Source: Octopus vulgaris (Eukaryota). Taken from it: a stretch of 64,000 nucleotides of DNA. Below are positions 23,698 through 37,800 of this stretch, piece by piece (position 1 is the stretch's first letter; every line of letters begins with the position of its first letter). A model generated the notes under the pieces. It made no database searches. It was not told the DNA's origin and saw only the letters and a program-made list of their open reading frames with translations. The translations under genes and the position numbers were made by a program. The stretch is taken from contig OX597818.1 in the NCBI GenBank assembly GCA_951406725.2, positions 37,882,001-37,946,000 on the forward strand. Direction: 5' to 3'.

Positions 23698-23929
23698 GAG
23701 GTGGCAAGCTGGCAGAATCGTTAGCACGCTGGATGAAATGCTTATCAGTATTTCGTTTGCCGTTACGTTCTGAGTTCAAATTCCGCCAAAGTCGACTTAG
23801 TCTTTCATCCTTCCGGGTTCGATTAAATAAGTACCAGTTACGCACTGGGGTCGATATAATCGTTTTAATCCGTTTGTCTGTCCTTGTTTGTCCCCTCTGT
23901 ATTTAGCCCCTTGTGGGTAGTTAAAAATA
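23698..23929 (+). mobile_element. SINE family B
   Basis: Forward match. TSD AATAACTGGTGCC. Confidence 0.85.
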
Positions 23930-26844
23930 AATAACTGGTGCCATGTATAAACTGTCACTTAGCCATTTGATAAATAGTGGTTGATAAAATAAGTATCAGA
24001 ATGAAATATATACTAGGGTCAATATGAGTGACTAAAACCCTTAAAAAAAACAGTATCCTAGAAAGGGCACAGTATAATGACTGAAAATGAGTAAAAATAA
24101 ATAAATAAAAGACTATAGCTGAAAGGGAAGGGATAGTAACATAGCTTATTAACAATTATAATTAGTCATTCATCTGCTTAAGCCAAAATTTTAATATCAG
24201 TATATTTTAAATCACCAAACTGCAGATCATTCACCCATTATTTTGATATCAACCCCAGCACTTGTTTTTTTAAATCTGGTACTTATTCCACTGCTCTCTT
24301 TTGCTGAACTTTCAAGTTACTGGGATGTAAACAAACCAACACCAGTTGTCAAGTGATGACGGCAGGAGGTGACAAATACAAATGCATATACACATTTATA
24401 CACATACCACACTCACACACACAACAAGCTCAAGTCAGTGAGTATAAGGATGACTGCTGAGGTACCACCAGAAGCTGCTTTTCTTGTAATACTTAAAATA
24501 CAAAGAATTAGCAATAATTGGGATTTTTTGGGGGAAGAGAGGAAAGTGCTTATTTCATTGTGCAATCAAGGGAGTGTTTTTTTACTGTTAGATTATGCAA
24601 GAGGAAAAGGCCAAACCTACTGTCTTTGTAGGCAGACCATTTCAGTCAGATGAAACTGACACAGTTAATGTCCCTTTAGAAACATGTACAGGGAGGGAAT
24701 TCCTGAAAGCCAACATTCTGGGAAGTGGAAGCTGAATGCAGTGGTTAGAATTGGACTGCAGGGTTGGAGTGGGGCAGGACACAACAGGGATGGTGATAAG
24801 AGGACAGATGTGTGACTGAGGAGGACTCGGAGTGTTGATGGCATGATAGCAACCAGTTGCAAAAGTAGGGATCAAGGGGAGATGGGGGTAAAGGAAGATG
24901 GAACCCAGTAGCTTTCTCTGTGTCATTATCCTGTAAGGCTTGACTGCTTAAGGCTTAAGCAAGGCTTGTTGTTTCTCCCAAATTATTTACTCTCTGAATG
25001 CAAACATAACCTTATGTTTAAGAAGTTCCAGGTTTGACATCTTCCGCCTTGTGGCCTTTTAGAAAGGTGTTATCTTCTATAACTTCAGGTTAGCCAGTAC
25101 CTGGTGAGTGGAATTTGAGAGAAACTGCATGGAAGCCTGTCGTATATAAGTGCATGTAAGTGTATACCTTTCACTGATGTATATTGGTGAAGTATATAAA
25201 CATCAGTGAGAAAACTGCTAAACCAGTGCTTTACAAATGAAATACCTTGAAATATTTGTGTTGCATCTAGTTACAGATATAGGCACAAGCATGGCTGTGT
25301 GGTTGAGAAACTTGCTTCCCAACCATGTGGTCTCAGGTTCAGTTCCACTGAATGGTATCTTGGGCAAGTGTCTTCTACTATAGTCCTGGGCTTTGTGAAT
25401 GGATTTGAGAGATGGAAACTGCAAGACACCTGTCATATGAATGTGTGTGTGTGTGTGTGTGTGTGTACCCTTGTCTTGAGATCACATGAAGATTGTAATC
25501 AAGCATCATCATCATGCAAGTAATGTTATTCATTTTCAGTCTAACATAGGAAACCTGTTTGGCTATGGGGAAATAGCTAGACACCTTACTTGGAAACAGG
25601 TGGGATTGGTAACAGAAAGAACATCTGGCCATAGAAAATCCACTTCAGTATCAGTCAGAATTCTGTTTAACCTATACCTGGTTAAAAACATAGACGTTGA
25701 ATGATGATGATGATGAATGCAGATACTCATGCCATCAGAAATGTAATGAATCAGAGACTGGTCCATTGGAAACCTGTAACCAACAGCAGCACTATTATTC
25801 ACTAATTGCAATATGAAAAAGAGTACCTGTCCATAGAACATTATCATTCATATCGCTTTATCATTAATATTACCTGCTGTATATACATTTGATACTGCCT
25901 TTGAAACCCAGTTGATTTACATGCACTCAATCTGACAATCACACTTACTGTCCATGTTTCAATGCAAATAAATCATCCCTTTTCTGATACATATCATTAC
26001 TATCATTATACTGTTAATGCATAGCAGCTTACTAAACTCTGCCTTTCAGTTAACTTGTATATACAAAACCCATTTCTCTTAAGTCTTTGCAGGTCCTCTA
26101 CATTCAATGCTCATGCCTCTTTGTTATCATTATCATCATTGTAGTTGTAATGTCCACATTTCCAAACTTGCATGGGTTGGATGGAGTTTACTGAAGTATA
26201 TTTTCTTATTTCTTTATTGCCCACAAGGGGCCCAATTATGAATAATGTCCATTTTTTCCATACCAACAAGGGCTCAGATGGGAAGTTTTTTTGATGTAGG
26301 ATTTTATACCAAAGGTTCTTCCTGTCAGCAATCTCTACTTTTATTTTTAACTTGATGTGTCTGAATGAAAGGGTAATGCCTATGAATTTTACAGGCCCTC
26401 CAAGACTGGTGAAGCTAATGCTATTAATGCTCCCTTTTAAATTGCTGCTGCTCAACACCTGCAGGAAAGAGATTCCAGAGAGCTAATGTCTGAGAAGAAC
26501 ATACAAATATAATTAACATAGGGACCAAGGAGGTTGGACATATTGTGACTGACTTGAGACAGAGATGCCTGAGTAGGGAAAATACAAGATCAACCATCTC
26601 CAGAGTGCTGAGGCCATAATAGTAGCAATAGAGAAGACAGAAAGAGGAAACAGCAGATATGGACCAGAAGCTGGAGCAACTGAATTTCTGTTAGTTCCTC
26701 TGGATCACATGCTAAGCAGGTAGCAAACAAGGAGGATTTCTCCATGAGTGTACTGTTTTACAGTTATCATTGTTTAAAAGAGGAGGAAAAAAGTTGTAGA
26801 TGCTTTTGGTAGGAGACCAAAGAGATTGGCTGTACTTTGTGTGA

Positions 26845-27243
26845 TACTCTTTACTCTCTTAGTTGTTTCAGTCATGTGACTGTGGTCATGCTGGAGCACC
26901 ACCTTTAGTCAAGCAAATCGACCCCAGGACTTATTCTTCGTAAGCCGAGTACTTATTCTATCGGTCTCTTTTGCTGAACCGCTAAGTTACGGGGACGTAA
27001 ACACACCAGCATCAGTTGTCAAGCGATGTTGGGGGGACAAACAGACACACAAACACACATATATATATATACATATATATGACGAACTTCTTTCAGTTTC
27101 CATCTACTAAATCCACTCATAAGGCTTTGGTTGGCCCGAGGCTATAGTAGAAGACATTTACCCAAGGTGCCACACAGTGGGACTGAACCTGGAAACATGT
27201 GGTTCATAAGCAAGCTACTTACCACACAGCCACTCCTACACCT
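26845..27243 (-). mobile_element. SINE family A
   Basis: Full-length reverse match. Confidence 0.9.
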
Positions 27244-28467
27244 ATGATGGGAAAAGCTTCAGGGTCATGTACATGAAGGCATCTTTTTCATACTGGACAG
27301 AGGTCTTGCCTGTTTTTCAAGGAAGAGATTTCTTCATACCACAAGTCTTTAAAAATGCAGTGCAACCAACCATAATATCAAAAGGAATATCAGCATCAAC
27401 TTCACTCAAGAAGTGATGTATGTGGAATATATAAACATTGGCACACATTTGATAGCTTCCTACAGTTTCCATCTACCTTACATGGCTTTGGTCAACCTGG
27501 AGCTATAAGATAAGGAACTTATCCAAGGCACTGCACAGAAGAACAAAGCCTGCAACCAAGTGGTTGCAAGAGACATTCATAACCACATAGCCATGCCTGC
27601 AGCTACAGATCTATGCCTGGTCTCAAGAAAAATATTAAATTTAACCAATTTGAAAAATTAGTAAATCTAGACATTTAAAATCTACAAGGATGGCCCAATT
27701 GACTATAAGTTCTATCACCAACAATGGAAAGCACTTTGTAACAGATGAGTTCTTTGTTCATTTGTAGTGATTAGATCAAATTATATAGTTGTTATAGTTT
27801 GGAAGGAGAGACACTGCTGAAACCAATAGGGCTAATCATAAGAAATTATTCAGTTGACTATTTATCCCAGTAGCATGAGATAAATATTGAATAATTGATT
27901 GACTGATTGATTGAAATGGTAGCCACTTCAAACAAAAGTCGATGAGTATGTAACGAAAACGATTTGCTGGTGCAAACACAAAGAGATGAAAACTTAAAGG
28001 GCTTTTATGAAATAATATTACGGAGATGTACTAGCATAACAAGTGACTTGATCTGAGATCGTGTGCTGGAACAAAAACAATTGCAGCGTGGAAGGTGTTT
28101 ATAAGCCATTTAAATGGCTTATAAACACCTTCCACACTGCAATTGTTTATGAAATGATATTTATCTATATATTTATGTCTATACACACACATACACCATA
28201 GCATGAGATGCAAAATTGATTATTCATATGAAAAAAATTCTTTCTTTTTTTCAGCTTTTACAACTTTGCTGCTATGCTGCAAATATTCAATTTCTATTAC
28301 ATTCATTCAAGTTTCGCAATAATACAGGACTGCAGAGCTTTAATGCCAGCTTCCAAAGTCTTTTCTTTTTTTTAGATAAACAACAATGTGTTCAATATAG
28401 TCTAGAGAATTTTCAAAATATAAGAAAATGTATGATAATCATATATTCCTCCTACTTTTCGATATAT

Positions 28468-29184
28468 AATGGTCGGCTGAAAAGTTCATAGGCTGATCAA
28501 GATATTCTCATGGAGTGCAAAATCACCTCCCTCCAACAAGTCATCCTAACGAGACGTCTGTGTTGGCTGGGTCATGCCCTCTGTCGTCAACCAGGGGAAT
28601 TCATCTACGAAGCAATTGCCCCAGCTCCCCTTCAGGGTTGTTGAAAGCAATGTGGTGGACAACGAAAAATCTGACTGATGACGGTCAATGCTGATCTGGA
28701 ACCCAACCTAGGCCCCCATATCTACGGCGTTCGTAGCTGGAATAAGGAGTGGTTGGAGATCACGCAGTAATTAGCCTCAAATCGCCAGGTCTGGTCAGTG
28801 TTTGCGAGAGATGCAGCATTGAGGATGAATGAAGCCAGCTCAACCCACCCCGGGTGAATGCTGTCTCAAGACAAGACAAAACTCTCATGGAATGTGATCA
28901 AATGAGTTTTATTTTTCAATATAGTCCCCCTTGCGGTCAATACACTTCTTTCATCATTGTTTTAGTGCTTGGATTCCATTGGTGAAGAAGCTTCCTGTTG
29001 GTCAAAAAAGTTATCAACAATGGATATGACGTCGTCCTCACTGCAATACTGGTTCCCAGCCAAGTACATTTGTTAGTTTACCTAACAATGCAGTTATTAA
29101 TAAGAAGTGTTGAAATTATTGCATACAAGATTTCACAGCACTAGCATCAATCCTTCATAGCCAGTATATAAACTTTTCAGCCCT

Positions 29185-29187
<3 letters not shown>
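28468..29187. mobile_element. Mariner/Tc1-like non-autonomous DNA element
   Basis: Terminal inverted repeats GGCTGAAAAGTTCATA ... TATAAACTTTTCAGCC. Confidence 0.55.
28518..28880 (+). mobile_element. RTE-clade LINE 3' fragment nested in a mariner-like element
   Basis: RRLCWLGH-like motif and (CAAGA)n tail. Duplication CTCATGGA(G/A)TG on both sides. Confidence 0.7.
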
Positions 29188-29416
<229 letters not shown>

Positions 29417-30186
29417 GTGCCGGCTGACTGGTCCCGTGCTGGTTACATGTAAAAAGCACCATTCGAGTGTGGTTGTTGCCAGTGCCGCCTGACTGGCACC
29501 ATTCAAGCGTGGCCGATGCCAGCACCCATTACACTCTCAGAGTGTAGTGCATCCAGCTGTAGAAACATTGCCAGATAGGATTGGATCCTGGTGCAGCCTT
29601 CTGGCTCGCTAGCCCTCAGTCAAACCGTCCAACCCATGCCAGCATGGAAAGCGGACGTTAAACGACAATGATGAGATAGAGATAGAGAGAGAGAAAGAGA
29701 GGTGCAGCCATGGCTGTGTGGTCAGAAGCTTGCTTCCCTACCACATGGTTCTGGGTTCAATTCTACTGCATGGCACCTCCATCTCAAGTCGATCAAAGGC
29801 TTGTGAGTGGATTTGGTAGGCTGAAACTGAAAGAAGCCCGTCGTGTGTGTGGGGGGGGGGGTGCCTGTGCCCTCCACATGACAATCGGTGTTGGTGTGTT
29901 TACATCCTCATAACTTGGAGGTTTGGAAAAAAACAGATAAAGTACCAAGCTTTAAAAAAATTACTGGGGTCTATCCATTTTACAAATTATTCAAGGTGGT
30001 GCCCCAGCATGACTGCAATCTTGAAACAAGTAAAAGATAAATTTTATAGTCTTTCATTTGTTTCAGTCATTTGACTGCAGCCATGCTGGAGCACCACCTC
30101 TTTTGCCGAACCGCTAAGTTACAGGGACGTAAACCCACCAACATTGGTGTCAAGCGATGAGGAGGGGGGGACGAACGCAGACACAA

Positions 30187-30234
<48 letters not shown>

Positions 30235-30421
30235 GAAAGGCTTCTTTCAGTTTCCGTCTACCAAATCCATTTACTTTGGTTGACCCGGGGCTATAGTAGA
30301 AGCCACTTGCCCAAGGTGCCATATATATATTGAATAGAAATTAAATATTAATTATATATATATATATATATTTCTCTCTAGTTTCAGCTCCGAGCTGCGG
30401 CTATGCTGATGCACCGCCGTT

Positions 30422-30474
<53 letters not shown>

Positions 30475-31759
30475 GTAAATTAAATCTAATTATATATAGG
30501 CTACAAAGGAGACATGTTTCCGCCCAGCCTCATTAATAAAACAAAAAGACCAGTTACAAGAATGAGTATATTTCTGGTATTGAGTGCTAGTCTTTCCGAT
30601 CTGAGTTTTCTGGAAAATTTTATTTCCGTCAGTTTTGGGATAAGTGAATAGTTTTATATAATACTTGCTGTGTTATAACCAGATATTTTTTTAAAAACTC
30701 ATTATGTGAACTGCTATTTTAATGGCACATCGCCTGTGAGATTAAAGTGCTAGACAGCTAACTAAAATATCAATCAATATGGGTTAAAACTCGAAATTTG
30801 AAAATTGAACAGCCTGTAGTTCGAAACTTCAGCTTTTGGGAGTGGGGAGTCATTTCTTTTTTCCTCTCTACGTAACAATCGAACTTGATAATCAGTTGTA
30901 TAATGGATACTAGCATATTTGGTGTAGTAAAAAAAAAGATAATTAACGCTATAATTTTAGTGATGGATGAATTATTGCTCACGTAAAGAAAAAAAAGGCA
31001 AGTAAAGAATTGTTATAGAAAAACTGTAGCTGATCTAAGCTTTAAGTATTCAACTTGATTTAGTGGTAACCCATATTTAAACACCTACTTTTTCGAAACG
31101 TGACCCCAATGTACTATAAAGTATTCCACGATCATTATTCAAATAACATAATTTAAGAGAGTAAAGAGTAAATCGAACTAAAATACGTCTAACATTCTTT
31201 TTCCACGGTAAAAAAAAATCAAGCCAGATGGTCAAACTTTAATATGTCGAAGTAACAAAATTATATAGAAATGCAGACATTCCTACACACGTAAACTTAA
31301 AAATCTGTACCAATCAAATGAAAAATAAAAGCTGTCATTTAATTCTAACGACGATTAATTTGACAACGTATCAGCTGATTTAGTTTAAATTCTTCTATCG
31401 CTCCTGAAATTCTCGTCAGTTAGATAATTATGGCATAAATAACTATTTCAGATGAAATTTTATTAATTCAGTTACCGATTATTAGAATCTAATCGTTTGA
31501 CATTCTGTTTTGTTATTGAAAGGAAACTGAAAAGTAAACATAAGATATATAAACAATGTATTATACACAGATATATATATAATTGTACTTTTAAAGTAGT
31601 AAGCAACAATTGGCCAACTTACGAATAATAAATAACTGCATTTGCATAGGGTAATATGACAATGTGCAGAATAAATGTTGACCACAGCAATAACGATGTA
31701 GTTTGTGGAACAAGTGCACCAGGAAGTCAGGTGGTGGTGCCAACTTTACTGACAACTCT

Positions 31760-31840
31760 GTCCACGTTCAAGTAAACGATTTTGAATTTCGAAGCAAGAA
31801 TCTATCAACCAATCAAAGAGCGATCTCGCGCGAACCTCGT
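31760..31840. promoter_or_regulatory. Candidate cell-cycle promoter core: CHR TTTGAA (31781), CCAAT box (~31809), E2F/CDE-like TTCGCGCG (minus, ~31827-31834)
   Basis: Three G2/M-type motifs cluster within ~55 bp in a CpG-retaining region. A minus-strand donor (C|GTAAGT, 31623/31622) just downstream fits a non-coding first exon of FoxM1. Confidence 0.5.
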
Positions 31841-31919
31841 TCATGTCTGAAATACATGTCATTTCCGAGAGAAAATGTATTTTCACTCCAATTTATTTTC
31901 GAGCTTTACTATTTTTTTT

Positions 31920-32320
31920 TTTTTACTTGTTTCAGTCATTTGACTGCGGCCATGCTGGAGCACCGCCTTTAATCGAGCAACTCGACCCCGGGACTTATTC
32001 TTTGTAAGCCCAGTACTTATTCTATCGGTCTCTTTTGCCGAACCGCTAAGTGACAGGGACATAAACACACCAGCATCGGTTGTCAAGCAATGCTAGGGGG
32101 GAGAAACTCAGACACACAAACATACACGCACATATATATATATATACATATATACATATATACGACGGGCTTCTTTCAGTTTCCGTCTACCAAATCCACT
32201 CACAAGGCTCTGGTCGGCCCGAGGCTATAGTAGAAGACACTTGCCCAAGGTGCTACGCAGTGGGACTGAACCAGGAACCATGTGGTTGGTTAGCAAGCTA
32301 CTTACCACACAGCCACTCCT
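31920..32320 (-). mobile_element. SINE family A, CpG-intact copy next to the candidate promoter
   Basis: Full-length reverse match. Confidence 0.9.
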
Positions 32321-33277
32321 AGCTAACCATACTTGTAGATTTCATTAAAAATTTTACAAATTATTTCACTTGTATTACTAATTCTTTAGTTAGTTTGGTT
32401 TTTTCCGGCTTATGTTAATAAATGTTTTCTAAGATTAGCACAAGGACACAAAATTTTGGGCGAGTATCCAGTAAATTGACTGGTACTTTATTTTATTGGC
32501 CCCTGGAATATGTACGGCAAAGTTGACCCCAGAGGGATTTAAAATTGTAAGGGACCGTAACTAAATACGTTCGCTGCTCAAGTAGAGCCGATATAACAGC
32601 ATTATAGGCTCCCTGGGCAAATCAATGCAATGGGCTCTACTGTAATTATTTATTGATGACAAGCCACAACATAAATAGATCATAATTGGGCCCCTAGACC
32701 CATGAAACCCCTGGACAACTGCCCAGTGTGCCCATACTTTGAGACGACACTGTGCTCTGGCGATTCTACTATCAATATGTTTCTTTCCTTTCTTTTTTTT
32801 AGTCAGGAAAGTAGGCAATGCTTACGACCGTCACAAAGTTACAAGGAAAGGGGGAGTTACCCTCAGATCGGAGACCTGGCCTGAATGCTTGTAACAGAAT
32901 GGACACTACTAAAGATACACTGGATACTAGGTAATGGTGTTAAACCGGACGATGAGTTAAGACAACCACTCGGTACTATTTAAAAGGAGTGGTCCCGGTG
33001 CGCGCACTCGCGTACTCGCGCATCCGTGCTACCTAGTCGTGACTAGTCGATCCTTACTTTGTGTTTTTGTATTATATTTACTTTATTTTAAAAAAAGTAT
33101 TTACTTTGTGTAAAAAAATTGGATTCCTTCGCTTTGGCCCCTCAGACGCTTTCGGAAATTCCCGATGTGAATTTTCCGAGGCCTCTCCCCACTCCCCTTT
33201 CGCGTGCGCGCATTTTTTTTTTCATATTCGTTTAGAGGAAGTTGTTTTACACCTATTACACAATTTTTTTTTGGCAA

Positions 33278-33690
33278 TCTTTCGTCTCTAGTAGACCTTT
33301 CCGTCGATTTCCGTAAAAAAATTTTTTTTATTTTACATATGGGCTTGCGGGAACTTTTGAAGTAATGAGAGCGAAAGAGACTAAGAGAAAGCGATTGTAT
33401 GACGAGGGAAGTTCTTTTGAAGTTACCGTGCATGGGAAGCATTGATGTACATGTGTGTGTGTGTGTTTGATGGGGTGTGGGAGACAGAAAGTATGTTGTG
33501 TAAGTGAAGTACTTCTGTTAGTGTGTGTGAAGAGACAGAGTAATGTGTGAAAGAAAGAGATAACTGAAATTTTTTACTCGGTGTATGTGTATATGTATGT
33601 ACATTACTTCAAAAGTTCCCGCAAGCCCATATGTAAAAAAAAAAAAAAAATTTACGGAAATCGACGGAAAGGTCTACTAGAGACGAAAGA
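33278..33690. repeat. Inverted repeat / MITE with ~90-bp arms
   Basis: ATCTTTCGTCTCTAGTAGACCTTTCCGTCGATTTCCGTAA...GAAGTAATG is mirrored at 33602-33690. Confidence 0.8.
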
Positions 33691-33894
33691 TCGCCTTTTT
33701 TTTTTGTTCTTTTGACCGGGTTTAGTTTAACCGGTACATTTTTATCAACTTCGAAAGGATGAATGGACACAGTTGATAACAGCGAGATTTGAACGCGGAA
33801 CACTGAGAATCGGCTCAAATACTACGAAGCTTAGCTTTCTACCTGACGTTCTAACCACACTGCCAAATTTGCTGCCGTACTCTGTACGAAAGGG

Positions 33895-34880
33895 AATTTT
33901 TGATTGGTCTAAATCACCTAACGACGTCTATTTCACACAGGTATATACATGGATATTGGATATTTACTGAAAGATTGAACATAACTTTGTGCAACCTTCT
34001 TATGCATCGGCAAACTTATACGATATGTTTGGACATGCTCGTACTTAGATCTGCAGGTCGGTGCTTGAATAAGTGTTTATTATTTGTATGTGTGTGTAAT
34101 ATTTTTCAGTTGGCGTTACTAGTCAAACTTAATGCCCTGATAACAACAACAATAGAAAATTATACATTTTGTTATTATATTATTACCTTCTTACATTTAA
34201 TAACTCTTACTTTTTTCACTTTACAACTATATTCGTTATTTAAATTTAGCATGTCATTTATTTTTTTCTGTTTAGTTGTTCGCCATTTGTAAGCTTAAAA
34301 CTATTTCCCGGCAAAATATTCTCAGCTTGTTCCAAGTTTCGGAATATATTTCCATGCATCCTTGTATGCTAATAAACTTTGTGTTGCTAGAATTCCTCTA
34401 AATAAACTATTTACTCCGAATAAAACAGTATTTGTTGCAATGCCATTGTTTTATATCCATTTTATTATAATAATAAGCGAACCCTCCCTTTTGGCATTTT
34501 TGATGGATATATATTTATCGATTAAAACAATTTGTTTATAAAGAAAAATGAGGTATATACCCCACTCACTCTCTGGCATTGTATATACTTTTGTTCTTGT
34601 TTATTTGTTTATCAGAACAATATTGGTATGGTCTTGGGGAATGGATGAGGGGGAAATTACCGAGCGAAAGCAAACTAGCAACCAGCTGAGAGAAGTATCT
34701 TGCACTACAGAGGAATTTGGACTTGTGTGCACGATAAATTTATGTTCAAAATATATACAGAGGGATACGTTTTTGTAAATTTGATAATTTATAAAATACA
34801 ATATATATATATATTTAGACACATAGAGTTTAGGACAGTTTTTGCACTTTTGTCACTTTGCATTTAGTTTGGCGGGTTAG
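33895..34880. promoter_or_regulatory. Second candidate promoter segment (GATTGG 33902, YY1-like CGCCATTT 34281, E2F-like TTTCCCGG ~34303 and TTTGGCGG ~34868), possibly the RHNO1 TSS
   Basis: Motif matches in non-repetitive, CpG-retaining sequence. No transcript evidence. Confidence 0.3.
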
Positions 34881-37800
34881 TAAAGAATTTTTTTTTCCAT
34901 TTTTTTTTTTTTTTCTGGAATCGTACGAGTTACTACTTTCTTAAAGGTTTAAAATATTTTGTTCTGTTCGTTTTTGTTGTCGTTTCTACGTACACCTACA
35001 AACCTGTATATATTAACAGGCATATATATTTATAAATACATATGCAAGCATATACACACCGGTAGATGTGTGTGTATATCTACATAAACGCACGTGTATC
35101 ATTTTTGTGTATGTATTTAGAAATGTCATTTTATTTCTGCTTGCTGGCATAGATTCGACAGGTTGTCTTTTCTTATTAAGAGCAATTGCGCTTATAGATT
35201 TGGCTTCTACGGAGGGACATTCTTCCTATCGTCATCCATTTAACAAAGTGTACAGAATGCATTTTCTCATACGTTAACACTAGATAGGTTTAATAGTTCT
35301 CTGTAAGTCAGGACCGAAAGGACCTTACAACCCTGTGCATTCTCAGTTTATTGCCAACCTGTGTAAGTGGGTGCTTTTCCATAGCAAAAGCACTAGAACT
35401 TGTCTCACACACTTATTGTTGAGGGAGCATGGTGGAGTCCTTCTTGGCATTAACACAGGATTTGAGTACTTCGTTCTCAATAATTGTAAAGAGTACTTAC
35501 TGACCTAAAATGTGTGGACTGACAAGGAAAATAGACATAGGCAGCAGAAATGGCTGTTTGCAATGTTAAGTTTTGTGTTAAAAAATAACTGATGGTAGTC
35601 AGTTTGTTGATCAAAAGTTTTCTTCATTTTCTGCTTATATATATATACTTAGAAAGTTGTTTGTTATTGCCAGTCAGAGAGTAATCATCAGTTTTGCACT
35701 TATGAATAATAATAGCTTGTCAGTCTCATTGGCTGGAGGTACATAACCTCTGTACAACTGGAGGAAGGAAGGGCAAGGTTCATCCAATTAAACAGTTCAG
35801 AGCTTTGTAGGTGTGAAACCAATGGTCAATCTCTGACCAGCCATAACAAACAACTGAAGTATTACAGTTCTAGCTTCTTTTTGGATACATGAGCTACTGA
35901 CTGATTTATATATACTAGCAGAAAGACTGCCCTCCAGACGGTTTTCTGCTAACCCCTTGATAGTATTTTCACATTTGATTCCCAATTCTAAAAATTTTTT
36001 TATATTTTACGTCTAATTATTTCTTTGTGTAATAGTGCTCACTTGCTTAGTAAATATTGCTTTCATTGCCAGTGCTGCCTGACTGATCCCATGCCGGTGG
36101 CACGTAAAAAGCACCATTCAAGCGTGGTCGATGCCAGTGGCATGTAAAAAGTACCCATCACACTCTCAGAATGATTGGCGTTAGGAAGGACATTCGGCTG
36201 TAGAAGCTTTGCCATATTGGATTGGAGCCTGGTACAGCCTTCTGGTTTGCCAGCCCTCAGTCAAACCATCCAACCCATGCCAGCACGGAAAGTGGACGTT
36301 AAATGATGATGATGAGTTATAATCTCTCTTTTTAAACAAACATCATGGTAGTCCAACAACAGAGGGAGAAGCAGTTTGTCAAGTTTTACCTTCCCCTCAA
36401 AGCAACACAGAGATTTCAATTCAGCAGCCTCTCTGTAAGCTTTGCAGTGTGTGTGTGTGAGAGAGAGAGAAGGGGAGAGTGAACATTGCAAACAATGAAT
36501 GAAATAACATCCAGAAAAAATGGATACTGTTTTAACAAAGTTTTCTACAAATTCCGCTTAGATGTTATGGCTTCAGAGTATATAAGGATTTATGGGAACG
36601 AATTTTTCCAACGGAGTGGAGAGAGGAGTTTCACATGATCTGACTTTTTTTCCCCACTAACTTTCAGGAAGATGGGTATTTTTCAATGAAAATTTATACA
36701 AATCCCTTCAAACAGCATAGATTATGATTATAAAGAAATTTGTAAGAAAAATTTTTTCGGGAATTCCTTTTTGTTTTTGTTGTTTTTTTTTTTTTTTTTG
36801 TTTTTTAAGCCACAACCTTTGAGATGATGGAGTGGGTGGGGGGCATCTTTGTATGAAAACATTTTGAACTCTTTCTACCCCACCCCCCTCCCTCATCATC
36901 CCACTCCAGACCTATTTTGGCATTTTTTTTTCTTTTGCACTTCAAAACCAAGGGAAAAGCATTTTTGGTTAAAAAAAACTGTTAATATTTTCAGAAGGAA
37001 AAGTGATCTAAGGGTGATTTAGTTGTTGTTTCTATCACATCCAAAGATAACCCTCCTTGTTTCTTTATCACGCTCACATGTATTGATGTTTTTCAATATT
37101 TCCCCCTCATAAATACATTTATATGCTATAAAAAAGAATATTTGAGAAATTAGGAATTTTTTGCAACCCCACTCCCTGCTCCTGATTGTTTCTGTTTAGA
37201 AATTAAAATATTGGAGAGCCTGAGAAGGTCATTGCTGGCATTTACCCACTGTGATTTTTAAAAATTACGGAGATGTACTTGCATAGCAAGTGACTTGATC
37301 TGAGATCATGTGCCAAAACAAAACCAATTGCAGCATAGATGTTTGTAAGCCATTCAAGAACACACAAAACTTAGTTTCATAGCACTACTTAAATACAAAG
37401 ATCCTGATGCATCTATGTAACTATATGAAGGGGTGGGTTAGTTTTTAGGGTTAGGGCTAGAGTGTCATTACATGTCCACACAGCATACATTTAAAATGTT
37501 TTGTACGTAACATCTGTATTTAAGTATTACCAGTTTCATTTCAATATTAAGATTTCATTTATGTCAAAATATTTGTTAGCCTGGTCACTTCACAAAAGTG
37601 ATACAACACACTGTTTTGTCAGTGAGCACACACATTCATTCATTCATTGCCTTTCATTTGTGTGTATGTGTGTGTCACTGTTGAAGTCGCTCATGCAACT
37701 TGTTTATGTATATATTGGCTCCCTCCGCTATATCTTGCAAACAAGTTTGGCACATGATTATTACTGTCAAACATTCAGCTATGGGTCAAATAGTTTCACT

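Noticed and set aside
24640-26820. Possible degenerate Penelope/L2 coding remnants (also mariner-like traces near 37.4-38.0 kb and 60.2-60.5 kb, RTE RT trace near 42.4-42.7 kb)
   Set aside because: Too decayed to assign family or boundaries without alignment.
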